Source: Hemiscyllium ocellatum
Lineage: Eukaryota
Direction of reading: 5' to 3'
Length of the DNA: 64,000 nt
NCBI RefSeq assembly: GCF_020745735.1
Contig: NC_083413.1
Span: forward strand, 80,697,612-80,761,611
A program made the translations under genes and the position numbers. Position 1 is the first letter of the stretch; every line of letters begins with the position of its first letter. Positions 25,100-36,876 of the stretch are shown piece by piece. The notes under the pieces were generated by a model that was not told the origin of the DNA, searched no databases, and worked only from the letters and a program-made list of their open reading frames with translations.

Positions 25100-27311
25100 A
25101 GTTGGATTGAATTTATTGTCATGTGTACCAAAGCACAGTGAAAAACTTTGTCTTGCAAACAACACAGGCAGATTACAGAGTTAAGTAGCATAGATAAGTG
25201 ACTAATAGGTACAGAGTGGCAAAAACAAAAACACAGGTACAGGTGAATGTTAAGAGTATGTGAGTCCATTCAGTATTCTAACAACAGTAGGGTAGAAACT
25301 GTTTCGAAACCAACTGGTGCGTGTTCAGGCTCCTGTACCTTCTCCCCGATGGTAGAGGTTGTAAAAAACATTGCCAGTGTGGGATGAATCTTTGAGAATG
25401 CTGGTGGCCTTTCCTTGACAGCGGGCTGGTAGATGGATTCTATAGATGGGAAGTTGGCCTTTGTGATTGTCCGGGCCAAGTTCACCACTCTCTGTAACCA
25501 TCTCCGATCTTGAATGGTACAGGTGCCATACCAGGTAGTGATACATCCAGACAGAATGCTCTCGATGGCACACCTGTAAAAGTTGGCAAGGATATTCGCC
25601 GTCATGCCAAATTTCCTCAGCTGCCTGAGGAAAAAAAGACATTGTTGGGCCTTTGTGACCAGTGCGTCCACATGAAGAGTCCAAGAAAGCTTTTTGTGGA
25701 TGACCACTCCCAGGAGCTTGACACTCTCCACTCATTCCACCTCTGTGCTGTTAATGTGTAGGTGGGTATGAGTAACATCCTGCTGAAAGTCAGTAATGAG
25801 TTCCTTAGTTTTGTCGGCATTGAGAGCTAGGTTGTTCTCTGTGCACCATTTGTCCAGGTCTCCCACCTCCCATCTGTAGTTTGTTTCATTGCCATCTGAG
25901 ATTCGACTGACCATGGTGGTGTCATCAATGAACTTGTAAATGGCATTAGTCTGGTATTTGGTGACTCAGTCATGGGTATACAGTGAGTATAGTAGGGGGC
26001 TGAGTACGCACCTCTGGGGGCTCCAATGTTGAGTGTTAATGACAATGAAATATTGTCTTCAATCTTCACTGATTGTGGTTTGTGGGTCAGGAAACTGAGA
26101 GTCTAGCTGCAGAGAGTGGGGCTTAGTCCGAGATCACTAAATTTAGTAATCAGTCTCAAGGGCATAATAGTGTTGAAGGCTGAATTGTAGTCAATGGGTA
26201 GGATTCTTACATAGCTGTTCTTGGTGTCAAGATGTTCTAAGGAGGAGTGAAGGGCAAGTGATATGGCATCTGATATGGATCTGTTGGTCCGATAGGCAAA
26301 TTGGAGTGGGTCAAGAGTAGTGGGGAGGCTGGAGTTGATTAATGCTATGACCAGCTTTTCAAAGCACTTCATGACCACTGAAGTTAGGGCTAGTGGGCAG
26401 TAGTCATTCAGACATGCTGCATGAGACTTCTTAGGCTCAGGGATGATGTTGGTCCTCTTGAATCAGGCAGGGACAGTGGCCTGCTGCAGGGAGAGGTTGA
26501 AGGTGTCCGAGAAGACCTCTGCCAGTTGATCTGCGCATGCCCTGAGTGCACGGCTTGGTACTCCGTCTGGTCCCATCGCTTTCCTTGGATTCACACGAAG
26601 GAAAACTGATCTGACCTCTGATGCAGTGACTGTTGGAACAGGTTCGTCAGGACTTGTTGGAATAGGTGTTACCTCTCCGCCGAAATGCTGCTCAAAGCAA
26701 GCATAGAAGAGACGGTCTGGGAGGGATGTGTCATCGTCTGCTATCTTGCACTGTCTCTTTTTAGAACCTGTGATGTCATTCAGTCCTTGCCATAGTCACT
26801 GGGTGTCTGTCTGGGTCTCTAGTTTGGATCAGTATTGGTCCTTGGCTGTCTTAATGGCTCTGCGAAGGTCATACTTGGATTCCTTATATTTGAGTGGGTC
26901 TCCTGATCTGAAGGCCTCATGCTTGGTTTTTAGCAGGTTCTGTATGTCCTTATTCATCCAGGGTTTCCTGTTGGGGAACACCCGGATTGACTTCCTCGGT
27001 ACGCAGTCCTCCACACACTTGCTGATAAAGTCTGTGACAGTGGTAGCGTACTCACCTGTGGACTATTTGAACACGGCCCAATCAGCCAATTCCAGACAGA
27101 GTTGATCCTCTGCCTCCTCCGACCAGCACTGGACCTGTATCCACGAGGGCCGTTTCTCCAGCTTGAGCTTTTGCATGTAAGCTGGGAGAAAAAACACGGC
27201 ATTGTGGTCGGAGTTCCCGAAATGAGGGCGGGGGATGGAGCGGTAGGCATCCATCACAGTGGTGTACCAGTGCTCTAAAATGTTCGGGTCCCTGGTGGAG
27301 CAGGTAATCAA
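25100..27311 (-). mobile_element. Rex1/Babar-clade LINE, 5'-truncated and frameshifted
   Basis: PHFGNSDHNAV, FPNRKPWMN, MKCFEKLV...LDPLQFAYR, KAQQCLFFLRQL...FYRCAIESILSGCITTWYG; AATAAA followed by a short-repeat tail at about 25100-25120. Confidence 0.85.
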
Positions 27312-28178
27312 CTGACTTTCAGAAGGATCTGTATGTGGAAATGTTTACTGAGCAGGGCAACCATTGCTGACAGATGACGTGGGGAACACCAGGGATCCGT
27401 GAGGGAAGTTTCAATTGTATTCTTTCACCTAGCTCCCAGATCTTCCTGCCACTGCTTCGGAGAGCTTTAGTTCAAAGGCAGGATAATGTGGCAAATGCAT
27501 TAATTGAAAGCATAAGTAGCACTGCCACTTAAATAGAAAAAACTGACCATCCATCACCTGGTCTGCCAAGTTATGCTCTGCACACCCACAGCTTCACTCG
27601 ACTGAGTAAATCAAGTTCAGAATTCAATGCAGCACGTTTTAGAGAAACCACATAAAATCACATCAGCTTCTCTACAGGAGACAAAAACATTGGCTCCCAG
27701 AAGGAAAACCCAGGTACTGGCATTAGTGTAAAATCAGCCTGCTGTGATATGTTGTGCACTGTTATATAATTCATGAATAATGGGTCATAGCACAGGTAAT
27801 GCTAGTCAGGATGCCTGATGCCAGTTGGTCATCTGTCATTATGGTCATAGATTTAGCAGTCATGGCACCCATATGCATTAATGAGTGTGGTGCTCTATAA
27901 TATAGGTAGTTGCCCAAATAGGATTTATTAGGTCAGTTGTGAAGAACTAAAATGAAAATTGCATATGGAAAAGCTCCTGAGGCTGGCAGGGGCCCCTGGT
28001 GCTTGTGTGGGTGAGGGCCCACAGCCATCTTATTGGCAACATCAATTGAAGCACTCATTGAAGATTCTGAAACCTATTTTATTGGAAATCTAAATCATAA
28101 CAGCGTACACCACTCTATGAAAATGGCAACACTTAAAAAAAAAGACATTAATAAAAATGCAGAGTCCCTCCCTCCTCT

Positions 28179-28330
28179 TCACTGTGACACCGACTCTTGT
28201 GCTAGGCTGCTTTTTCTCGTTCTGTTTAGGTCCATGATCTTCTCTGATATATAACCATGGACCCGGGCTTGCTCCTTACAGACCCCTTCAGTACTCATCC
28301 CCTTAGATCTGAGGTAGTGGCCGTAGCAAG
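28179..28330 (-). CDS. BEND5-like coding exon 6 (BEN domain C-terminal helices, stop codon)
   Basis: Long polypyrimidine tract then TTCAG acceptor. Encodes ACYGHYLRSKGMSTEGVCKEQARVHGYISEKIMDLNRTRKSSLAQESVSQ*. Minus-strand AATAAA at 28083-28078. Confidence 0.88.
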
Positions 28331-29144
28331 CTGAAGATAGGGAAGAAAAGGGGGGGGAATATAATTAATGAAGTCATAGTACTGCAGTGTGAATTAAATA
28401 ATATTTTACAGAAAGGGTTTACAACAGGGATATAATGACACCTTACAAGCTAATACAATAAGACACATTTTGACAGGTGTGAACCTGGAACACCATCAGA
28501 AATGATTGGAGGGGAACCTTGTACACCCCAAAGCCTATATCAGCCCTTGGCAGCAGACTAGAGAATTTAAACAGATTTCTGTGCACAGGTTAAGAGAAAG
28601 GACAGAGATTTCTGGTCATTGTACAGGAATGAAATGAAAACAATGACGGCAGAGAGTCTGAAGAAGCCATTCCAGACTTGAAATATTTACTGTTTCTCTC
28701 TCCACAGATACTACCAGACCTACTGAGTTTCTCCAGCTATTCTCTGTTTGGTTTAGATTTCCAGCATCTGCGGTAGTTTGTTTTTTTTAAAAAATACATT
28801 TTTATTTATTTCAATATTACAACAATACAAAACAATATAATCAAAACAGTACAAGGAAAGTACAATAAAAAAACCAAACTACACTCGTGTACAAACATAC
28901 AAATCTATATACAAAAAACTAAATATGTAAATAAATAATAACAACTAACTAATGAATAATAATAATAATAATAATGTAGCTCAATGAGACAAAACAGTAG
29001 TTCTCAGCCATCAAGAGCATTAATTTACACATATCCATACATTCGCAGTTCCCCCTCTCTTGGTATTAAACTCTTAAAACCCAATCATTACAGCTATATA
29101 ACAGATCTGTGTCCAGGTAGTCGAAAAAGGACTGCCATGTCTTA

Positions 29145-29460
29145 TTAGATTAGATTAGACTTACAGTGTGGAAACAGGCCCTTCGGCCCAACAAGTACAC
29201 ACCGACCCGCCGAAGCGCAACCCACCCATACCCCTACATTTACCCCTTACCTAACACTACGGGCAATTTAGCTTGGCCAATTCACCTGACCCGCACATCT
29301 TTGTGACTGTGGGAGGAAACCGGAGCACCCGGAGGAAACCCACGCAGACACAGGGAGAACGTGCAAACTCCACACAGTCAGTCGCCTGAGTCGGGAATTG
29401 AACCCGGGTCTACAGGCGCTGTGAGGCAGCAGTGCTAACCACTGTGCCACCGTGCCGCCC
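29145..29460 (-). mobile_element. HE1-type V-SINE (tRNA-derived), young full-length copy nested in the L1
   Basis: tRNA-like head GGCACGGTGGCACAGTGGTTAGCACTGCTGCC, V-domain TGTGTGGAGTTTGCACGTTCTCCC, (TCTAA)n tail. Confidence 0.9.
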
Positions 29461-31562
29461 ATAAAATTCTCAATCTTATGATGCACCATTGCTTGTAAGA
29501 AAATCCAAAGGGATATGCTCGACAACTGTCTTATGCCAACCCGACAAACTCAAAGGATTTTTAGACACCCAATCTAATAGAATATTCTTTCTTGTGCAAA
29601 AAGTAAGGATGTTGAAAAGTTTTTTTCCTTATGCGCATTTACAGGGAAGAAGAAAAATCGAGTCCACCTCCTCCCTCGTCCCAAAGATCCTCTCTATTGC
29701 ACCTACCACAGCGCTCCAGTACATTCGGAGCCTGCAGCAGGACCAGGGACAATGAGTGAGAATGCCCGCACTCACTTTGCACTTGGGACATGTCGAAGAT
29801 ACTCCTGGTTTAAATTTTGATAAACTATCTGGAGTCAAGTGGACTCTGTGGAGAATCTTCAACTGTAAAGCATGGGTCTGATTGCAAATTGAGATCTTTC
29901 TTGCATTCTCCTAAATAGCTTGCATGTCTCCGAGGGGATCTCGACACCCAACTCTCTCTCCCACACCCTGCAAAGCTGTTCAATCTCACCCCCCCCACCC
30001 CCCAAAAAACAGATGATAAAGAGTGCTGACAGAAAGCGTGTTCTTAGCATTGAGCACCCCCTTCTCTATGTCAGATCTGTACAGATCGGTTGAAAGTGTT
30101 GTCCTTTTTTGAATGAAATCCCTAATTTGAAAAAAAAAGGAGATCCCTGCTAGATAGCTTGTATTTCCGTGCTAACTGGTCAAATGCCATCATTGTGTTC
30201 CCCTCAAATAAATCACCCATGCAAGACACACTCCTAGCTGTATCGAGAGAGTGTTACTGGAAAAGCACAGCAGGTCAGGCAGCATCCAAGGAGCAGGAGA
30301 ATCGATGGTTCGGGCATAAGCCCTTCAGCTGCCCAAATTTAAACTCAGAGTCCACCATCCCTGTTGAAAACCTGGCACACTCACTATAGCTGAAAAAAAA
30401 ATGTTTTGGCAATATTGCCTGCAATCTGCCACACGGCCCTCCATGCTTTAACAGTTTTAATAACTATTGGGTTGTGGCAATATTCCTTAACTGTCGTCAT
30501 TTTGTCCAGGAACAGCACGAGAAGTTTCAATATCTAATCATATTGAAAGAGGGTCCCTACAAGCCCAGTCACTCACATAAGATAAAAGCGAGCTTAGATG
30601 ATAGTTTTTAATGTCCAGGAGATCCACTCCCTCCAGTCCTTGAGTTTAGCTAAGTTAATAAGGGGCTGCTTACAATGCCAGATAAAAGCTGAACCAGCCG
30701 CTCAGTTTCCTGAACATTTGCCTAGTGAAAATCAGGGGGAGCACTCACATAGGGTACAATAGATGGGGGAGAATGTTCATTTTAATGAGGGCTATCCGAC
30801 CTAACCAAGTAACCGGAACCACCTCCCATCTGCGAAGATCTTGTTTGATTTTGTCAAATAAATGAACAAAATTAGGTTTAAAGAGCTGATCAAAAACTTG
30901 AGTAATGAATATGCTCAAATAAAGAAAGCCCCCTGTGACCAATTAAAAGGGAATAGAGATTCGCCCTCAAAACCTAGAACTTTCGTGAGACCACCCATAG
31001 GCATAACCTCTGATTTTGCAAAACTGATCTTGTAACCCAAAAAGGTGCCAAACGAATTGCTACATTGTATCAGACGAGACACCAAAACTGCTGGATTTGA
31101 CACAAAGACAGGGACGTCATCTGCATACAACAAAATCTTATATGATTTTGACCCCACTTCTGGAGCCAATATATTAGGATCCCTACAAATGGGCTCCACC
31201 AGCAGCTCGATCACCAATGTAAAAAGCATGGTGAAAGGGCACAGTCCTGTCGGCCGCCCCTAAAGATATTAAAATTGCTTGATCTCACACCATTGGTGAG
31301 AACCACGGTGAGAGGATAACTATAGAGAACCTTATAAAAGTTCCACCCAAGCCAAAGTGCTCTAGAGTATAAAAAAGGTACGGCCACTTGACCTGGTCAA
31401 ATGCATTCTCTGCATTTAGAGAGATCACCAATCGCTTAAATTACAATAAGCAACTTCCGAACATTATTGGAGGAACAGTGCCCCTTTATAAATCCCGACT
31501 AGTCTTCTTTAATAATAGAAGGCAACAACACAGTTTCCAGCCTTAATGCAAGATGTTTTTTA

Positions 31563-31860
31563 TGATTAGATTCCTTATAGTGTGGAAACAAGCCCTTCAA
31601 CCCAACCAGTCCACACCGACCCTCCAAAGAGTAACCTACCCAGACCCATTTCCCTCTGACTAATGCACCTAATACTATCTAGCACGGCCAATTCATCTGA
31701 TCTGCACATCTTTGGATTGTGGGAGGAAACCAGAGCAAACCCACGCAGACACGGGGAGCATGTGCAAACTCCACACAGACAGTCGCCTAAGGCTGGAATC
31801 GAACCTAGGGTCCTGGTGCTATGAGGCAGCAGTGCTAACCACTGAGCCACTGTGCCACCC
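31563..31860 (-). mobile_element. HE1-type V-SINE nested in the L1
   Basis: Same head, V-domain and tail as the copy at 29145. Confidence 0.88.
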
Positions 31861-33996
31861 AAGTTTTGGAAAAGATTTTAAAATCAACATTTAAAAGTGA
31901 AACGGGTCTACAGGCAGCACAGTCTACTGGGACTTTCCAGTTTTTAAGCAGGAGAGGTACTGGCCTCTCTTAGAGCTGGGGGGAGGGCGAGCATGACTGT
32001 ATGAGCATTAAATGTGTTGAGCATCGGGGCTGACAATATGCTCGTAAATTCCTTATAAAATTCACTGGGAAATCCATCAGGACCAGACTCCTTTCCATTC
32101 TGAAGCTGCTACACAGCCTCCTGCACCTCTTGCTCTGATAAGGAGCATTGAGAAAACAACTCTTGTTCAGGGGGTTACACCTGGAAGCTCCAAATTCTTG
32201 ATAAAAGACTCCATCCTAGCCCGCCCATCCTCACAAACTTCAGACTGGCAAAAATCTCTGAAATGCCGCATTGATCTTTTTAAAATCACAGGTTGGGTTT
32301 CCAGCAGATTCCCTAATCGACATAATAGACTGGGGGGAGCGGGGTGGGGGGTCACTCTTTTTCCTGGCAAGCACTTGCCTGGTTTGTCACCATGCTCAAA
32401 CAAGCTTTTGTCTTGCAAAAGCAAGCTTCTTCTTTCCTGTCTGCGTGAGCGTGGAGTTCAATGCAGACCGAAGCACTTAGCCAACAAGGGCCTGTCAGAG
32501 TAAGCCTTCTCAGCTGCCTTCAACCATGCTTCAGGCAGACATTGCTGTTCACCCATCTGCCGCTCCCCACTGGTGGAATGGGAATGGACTAACCCTCTGG
32601 CATAAGCTTTAGCTGTTTCCCAAAGAACAGACAAAAAAACTAGCCAAACCTGAACTAATGTCTAGAAGTGCCCTGTATTCATTAGAGGAATACTCCACAA
32701 ACTTACTATCCTTAAGGATTAAGGGATTCATTTACCAGTGCCTTAGACGCGCTACAGGATTTCCTTTTCCGAATTAGCGCCACGGAGAAGTCCTGGAAAA
32801 ATATGATCCTACAGCCCTCATAAACTAAGGCCTTTAGATCCTTCCCCTGGACTCTGGAAGCTTTCATGATTCTCTGCTTTGTCTCTTATAATTGTGGAAC
32901 GGCACCAGGATAGGGCAAGGATGTTGGTCCAGACCTGGCCTCCAAGCCGTGACCCAATGAGCCCTCTCAATCTTCAGACCTCCCATTCCAGCCTCCAAGT
33001 TAAGGAATTTCAGCAGCCAATCCTCAGTAAATTCCATTGGTTGCTCACCTTCCTTACTCTCCGGCAAACCAACCATCCAAATATTTTTCCTCCTGCCTCT
33101 GTTCTCATGATCAATCAACCCAGTCAAGCAAAGCACGGACCTGCATCTCCTGGGCCTAGATCCTATCCTTGGAGGAATCAGTCTCAGCTTCTACCACTGT
33201 GACCCTGCGTTGGACCTCGTCCGATCTTTTCCCTGAGGTCTCCCAGCTGCAGCTCGTCTTTCTGAAGCATCACAGAGATCAGGGCCAGCTTCTCCAATTT
33301 GCTTACCCAGCATCTCGCGAGATTTCGTGAGTTCCGATACCAGGGCCAAGTCAGAAATAGCATCTGAGGATCCTGTGGGTTGGGCTGTGGTCCCAGCCTC
33401 AGATGAGCCTGCTTCCTTCTTAGGCATCCCTGGACGGCATGACCCGCAGATAAGTGACTTCTTAGAACTTTCTAGAACTCTGTGACCTTTTCAGATTCCT
33501 AGAATACCACAATGACTTGGGTAGGGTGGGTTAGGGCTTTGTCCTGCCCGCGATGCAGTGCGGAGCTCTGCAAAGAGATCTTCCTAGATTGCCACCATCT
33601 TGGTTCGCCCAGTATTTTGCTTTTATTAGAGCATGAAAGTTGTTAATTTTCTGAGTGTATCAGACTGATCTGGACAGAATGATCTGCTTAGCCAGCTTGA
33701 GACCCTCTCTCTGAGTTTCATGAACAGCAATTGTTGGAAAAGCTCAGCAGGTAGACAGAAATCAGAGTTAATGCTTTGGGTTGAGTGACCCTTCCTCAGA
33801 ACTCCCTCTGAGTTTGTTTGAGTAAAGACAACTTTGATCTGCAAACATTAGTCCTCAGTGATCTGTGTAGGAAACTAAGCACAACAATGTGAATGGTACA
33901 TTCAAAGCTGGCATGATGTTTAGGATCCTGAAGGCTAGGTATCAAGGGCATGTAAGGGTAAACATAAATGCAATTACAGTTTGCAATTGAGCTTAC

Positions 33997-34222
33997 CTTT
34001 AACAGCACTCAGTTTAACAGGAGAAAGTGCAGGTTTCGGTACCGGAGGTGTGTCCGCGTTGATGAAGCGGGCACACACTCTACCATGAATCGACCTATTA
34101 CGGAGCACGTCCGAGCCCCATACAGCGGCAGCCAGGGTCTTGACAAACATCGAGTTTGTCTTCGATCGCAGAACATTTTCCCATTGGCGCTCTGTAATCT
34201 CCAGACCACCCTGAAGTTGAAC
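33997..34222 (-). CDS. BEND5-like coding exon 5 (BEN domain, N-terminal part)
   Basis: CCACAG acceptor. Encodes VQLQGGLEITERQW...AVWGSDVLRNRSIHG...PKPALSPVKLSAVK. Donor AAG|GTAAGC, phase 1. Confidence 0.9.
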
Positions 34223-34389
34223 CTGTGGCAGAAAAAAAGTGTACACACCGGTTTTCTGCTGGAAATAATGCAGTTTAGTGCACTGTGAACATACAGAGGC
34301 TACATACACAAAGATGAGATGCGGAAGACTGCGGACAGAGTCCAATTTTTAACATCACAGCCGCCATACTACAGCTGCACCATTACTTG

Positions 34390-35285
34390 GTGCAATGTGA
34401 TGATAATTAGTGGTATAGTGGGCAGTGAATCTGATCATCTAAAAGCACAACAGGATCTAGATCAACTGTGCCAATGGGCCAAGGAATGGCAAATGGAGTT
34501 TAATTGAGAGAAATGCGAGATGTTGCATTTTGTTAAGACAAACAAGGGCAAAACTTATACTGTTATTGGGAAGGCAAGTTCTCGACCAGAGAGATCTAGG
34601 GGTTCAGGTACACCATTTCTTGAAAGTGGAGTTGCAGTTAGACAGGGTGGTGAAGAAGGCGTTTGGCACGGTTGTCTTCATTGGTCAGAGCATCGAGTAT
34701 AGGAATTGAGATATCATGTTTCGGCCATACAGGACATTGATGAGGCAAGTTTTGGAGTACTGCATACAGTTCTGGTCACCCTGCTGTAGGAAGGATGTTA
34801 TTAAATTGGAAAGGATGCAAAAAAAGATTTACCAGGATGTCACCAGGACTGCAGGGTTTGAGTTATAAGATGAGGTAGGCTGGGACTTTTTTTCACTGGA
34901 ACGCAGGACTTTTTTTCACTGGAACGCAAGGAGTTGAGGGGTGACCTTATTGAGGTTTATAAAATCATGAGGCGCAGAGATAAGGTGAATAGCCAAGTGA
35001 TTTTCCCTAGAATGGGGGAGCTCAAAACTAGAGGACAGTGAGAGGGGAAAGATTTTAAAGGGACCCGAGGGGCAACATATTTACACAGAGTTCATGTCTA
35101 GAATGAGCTGCCAGACGTAATGGTAGAGAGTTACTACATTTAAGAGATATTTGGACAGGTACATGGATAGGGAAGGTTTAGAGGGATCTGGGCTAAATGC
35201 AGGCAAGGAGGACTCGTTTCGTTTCAAAATCTTGTCGGCATGGACAAGTTGGGCTGAAGGGTCTGTTTCAGTTCTGTATGACACT
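34390..35285 (+). mobile_element. CR1/HER1 LINE 3' fragment in BEND5-like intron 4 (antisense to the gene)
   Basis: QQDLDQLCQWAKEWQMEFN, LEYCIQFWSP, and a HER1-type 3' tail. Confidence 0.85.
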
Positions 35286-35293
35286 ATAATTAC

Positions 35294-35451
35294 CATTCCA
35301 TCGATAGGAATATAGAGATTGTCTGCACAGGCGCTGGTCTCTCCGTCCGTGCCAGTGAATGTGGGTGAAGGCTCCGTATTCATCTGCACTGATCTGGGCA
35401 GTGCTGGTCTCGTCAGATTCACGGCCCGTCTGGACAGTGCAGGTTGGCGTG
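35294..35451 (-). CDS. BEND5-like coding exon 4 (linker)
   Basis: TTGTAG acceptor. Encodes SRQPALSRR...LYIPIDGM. Donor ATG|GTAATT, phase 0. Confidence 0.78.
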
Positions 35452-35562
35452 CTACAACACATAGCAAATAGAAAAAAGTTAGCTCCTTATTCTCAGCTTC
35501 CCCAGACTTGAATCTAAAACATGAAATCACACCATCACATATTCAGCAAACAGATCAGTTAC

Positions 35563-35923
35563 ACTGCGCGCGGTTTAGGAGTTGCTCTTGGAGTCGACAG
35601 TTGAGGTCCTGCAGCTGGTCCATTCTCTCCTGCAGGCGACGGATGATTCTTGTAGCCTCCTGCAGGTCACTGTTTAGGGACTCCACCTTCTGCCTGAGGA
35701 CTTTGTTCTCAGCTTCCACCTGCATGAGCCCTGGTTTCCTTTCCTGCCAGTCATGTCCAACCATCCTTGGTGGAATGGTCATCTCATTCACAAACCCTCC
35801 TGATACAGAGAGGGCATCTGTCATATTCCCCCGAGCACAGTCGGGCATCTCGGTCTTAAAACCATCTATTAGCCTCTGCAGATGTTTTCTCCATGCACTT
35901 TCTGTCCGAGCTCTCTTATCCTT
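35563..35923 (-). CDS. BEND5-like coding exon 3 (coiled coil)
   Basis: TTGGCAG acceptor. Encodes KDKRARTE...ENKVLRQKVESLNSDLQEATRIIRRLQERMDQLQDLNCRLQEQLL. Weaker donor T|GTAACT, phase 1. Confidence 0.8.
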
Positions 35924-36075
35924 CTGCCAACAAAGAGAAATTGAAGGTTACCTTTTTGGCATGGGTGAGAGATACGGCTCCATACATCAAGTGGTACTCT
36001 TTATTAGATGTGTCTCTGCAGTTTGCATTGTTGACCATATCTCAACAATTCCAAATGAATGGCTTAAGCACCTAC

Positions 36076-36233
36076 CCTTGTCACACCGGTGACCTCCAAT
36101 GCTCTCTTCCCCTGTATGTTTCTGCTTGGGCCAGGCCCATCACTGGCACTGTCTGATTCCACATTGCTATCCCAGGTAGGATACTTCAGCAGTCTATGTT
36201 TAGCTCTTTCTGCTCTGATCTCTTCAGGGGACT
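36076..36233 (-). CDS. BEND5-like coding exon 2
   Basis: CTCCAG acceptor after a 77-nt intron. Encodes ESPEEIRAERAK...VTGVTR. Donor AGG|GTAGGT, phase 0. Confidence 0.8.
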
Positions 36234-36310
36234 CTGGAGATGAGATCACAAAAAATTTAATCAATATCTCATCATCAAACACAACTATTATCTCAGATGA
36301 TCACACTTAC

Positions 36311-36548
36311 CTGCCAGAAGCATGATCTGTGCTTTATAATATGGATCATTGGAGCTCCGCGTATATTCACCAGAGTTATAGTCTTCTGACTTGCCAATGC
36401 TCGCCTGGATCCATCGAACCATATATACCCTGCTGGGATTGTGGGTCAGGAGCTTAAACTTTTGGATGTCCTCCTGAATGGACACAATCCTAGATACCCC
36501 ATTGTCATCAAGGAATCTGACAAATGCAAATTTTGCGACTGCCGCCAT
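36311..36548 (-). CDS. BEND5-like coding exon 1
   Basis: Kozak ACAATGG. Encodes MAAVAKFAFVRFLDDNGVSRIV...PYYKAQIMLLA. Donor CAG|GTAAGT, phase 1. Confidence 0.88.
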
Positions 36549-36682
36549 TGTATCTGAATGAGGTGGAAAACATTCAAAAATTACATCCAAAGCAGACTGT
36601 TTTCAACTAACTTTGTAAAAAGATTTAATTTCCAGCAAAAAATGCTGCCTTTAGTTTCCCCGGTTGGTTTCGGAAATCTTAC

Positions 36683-36751
36683 CTGACCATAGAGCTTAAT
36701 GCTGCTATTGATTTGTGAATGCCATTTTCAAACACCGCACCAGGGCAGGTT
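36683..36751 (-). other. Probable 5' UTR exon of the BEND5-like gene
   Basis: ATGCAG acceptor (36753-36752) and CAG|GTAAGA donor (36682). A matching acceptor TTCAG at 36555-36554 lies 5 nt before the ATG. Confidence 0.55.
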
Positions 36752-36876
36752 CTGCATAGAAACAAGCACACAACAATACCTTTACATACTAATATGAGTA
36801 AGCATATATCTGTTTCTTAAAATCTTTTCTAAAACACACCTTACATGCAGCACTTCCACATAATGAAGGGAAAGTG

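Larger units (their letters stand above)
28781..33610 (-). mobile_element. L1-clade LINE with both ends, internally deleted and decayed, inside BEND5-like intron 5
   Basis: 5' end GGGCGAACCAAGATGG. ORF1 remnant ENRGRRKNIWMVGLPE. RT LLYADDV. C-terminal KILHRVHLTP...CPKC...HCPWSC. A-rich tail. Degenerate TSD c(g/a)gta(g/t)tttg at 28771-28780 and 33610-33619. The endonuclease region appears to be missing near 32760. Confidence 0.88.
28179..36548 (-). other. BEN-domain protein, BEND5-like (divergent paralog), complete 6-coding-exon gene, 430 aa
   Basis: Exons of 238+158+361+158+226+152 = 1293 nt form one open frame ending in TGA. N-terminus FAFVRFLDDN...YKAQIMLLA, coiled coil LQDLNCRLQEQLL, and BEN domain FVKTLAAAVWGSDVLRNRSIHG...PKPALSPVKLSAVK...YISEKIMDLNR all parallel BEND5 motifs. 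Confidence 0.88.

Noticed and set aside
29390-29460. tRNA gene
   Set aside because: The A/B-box head continues directly into the V-SINE body and LINE-derived tail.
33626-33862. Candidate last exon of the BEND5-like gene immediately after exon 5
   Set aside because: It has an in-frame TGA after two codons, a pLTR insertion (TSD CTCTGAGTTT) and no BEN similarity. The exon at 28179-28330 supplies the conserved YISEKIMDLN helix.
34878-34928. 23-bp tandem duplication GGACTTTTTTTCACTGGAACGCA
   Set aside because: Local slippage inside a dead CR1; no sign of function.
35508-36092. 194-aa plus-strand ORF
   Set aside because: Antisense shadow of BEND5-like exons 2-3, with no independent features.
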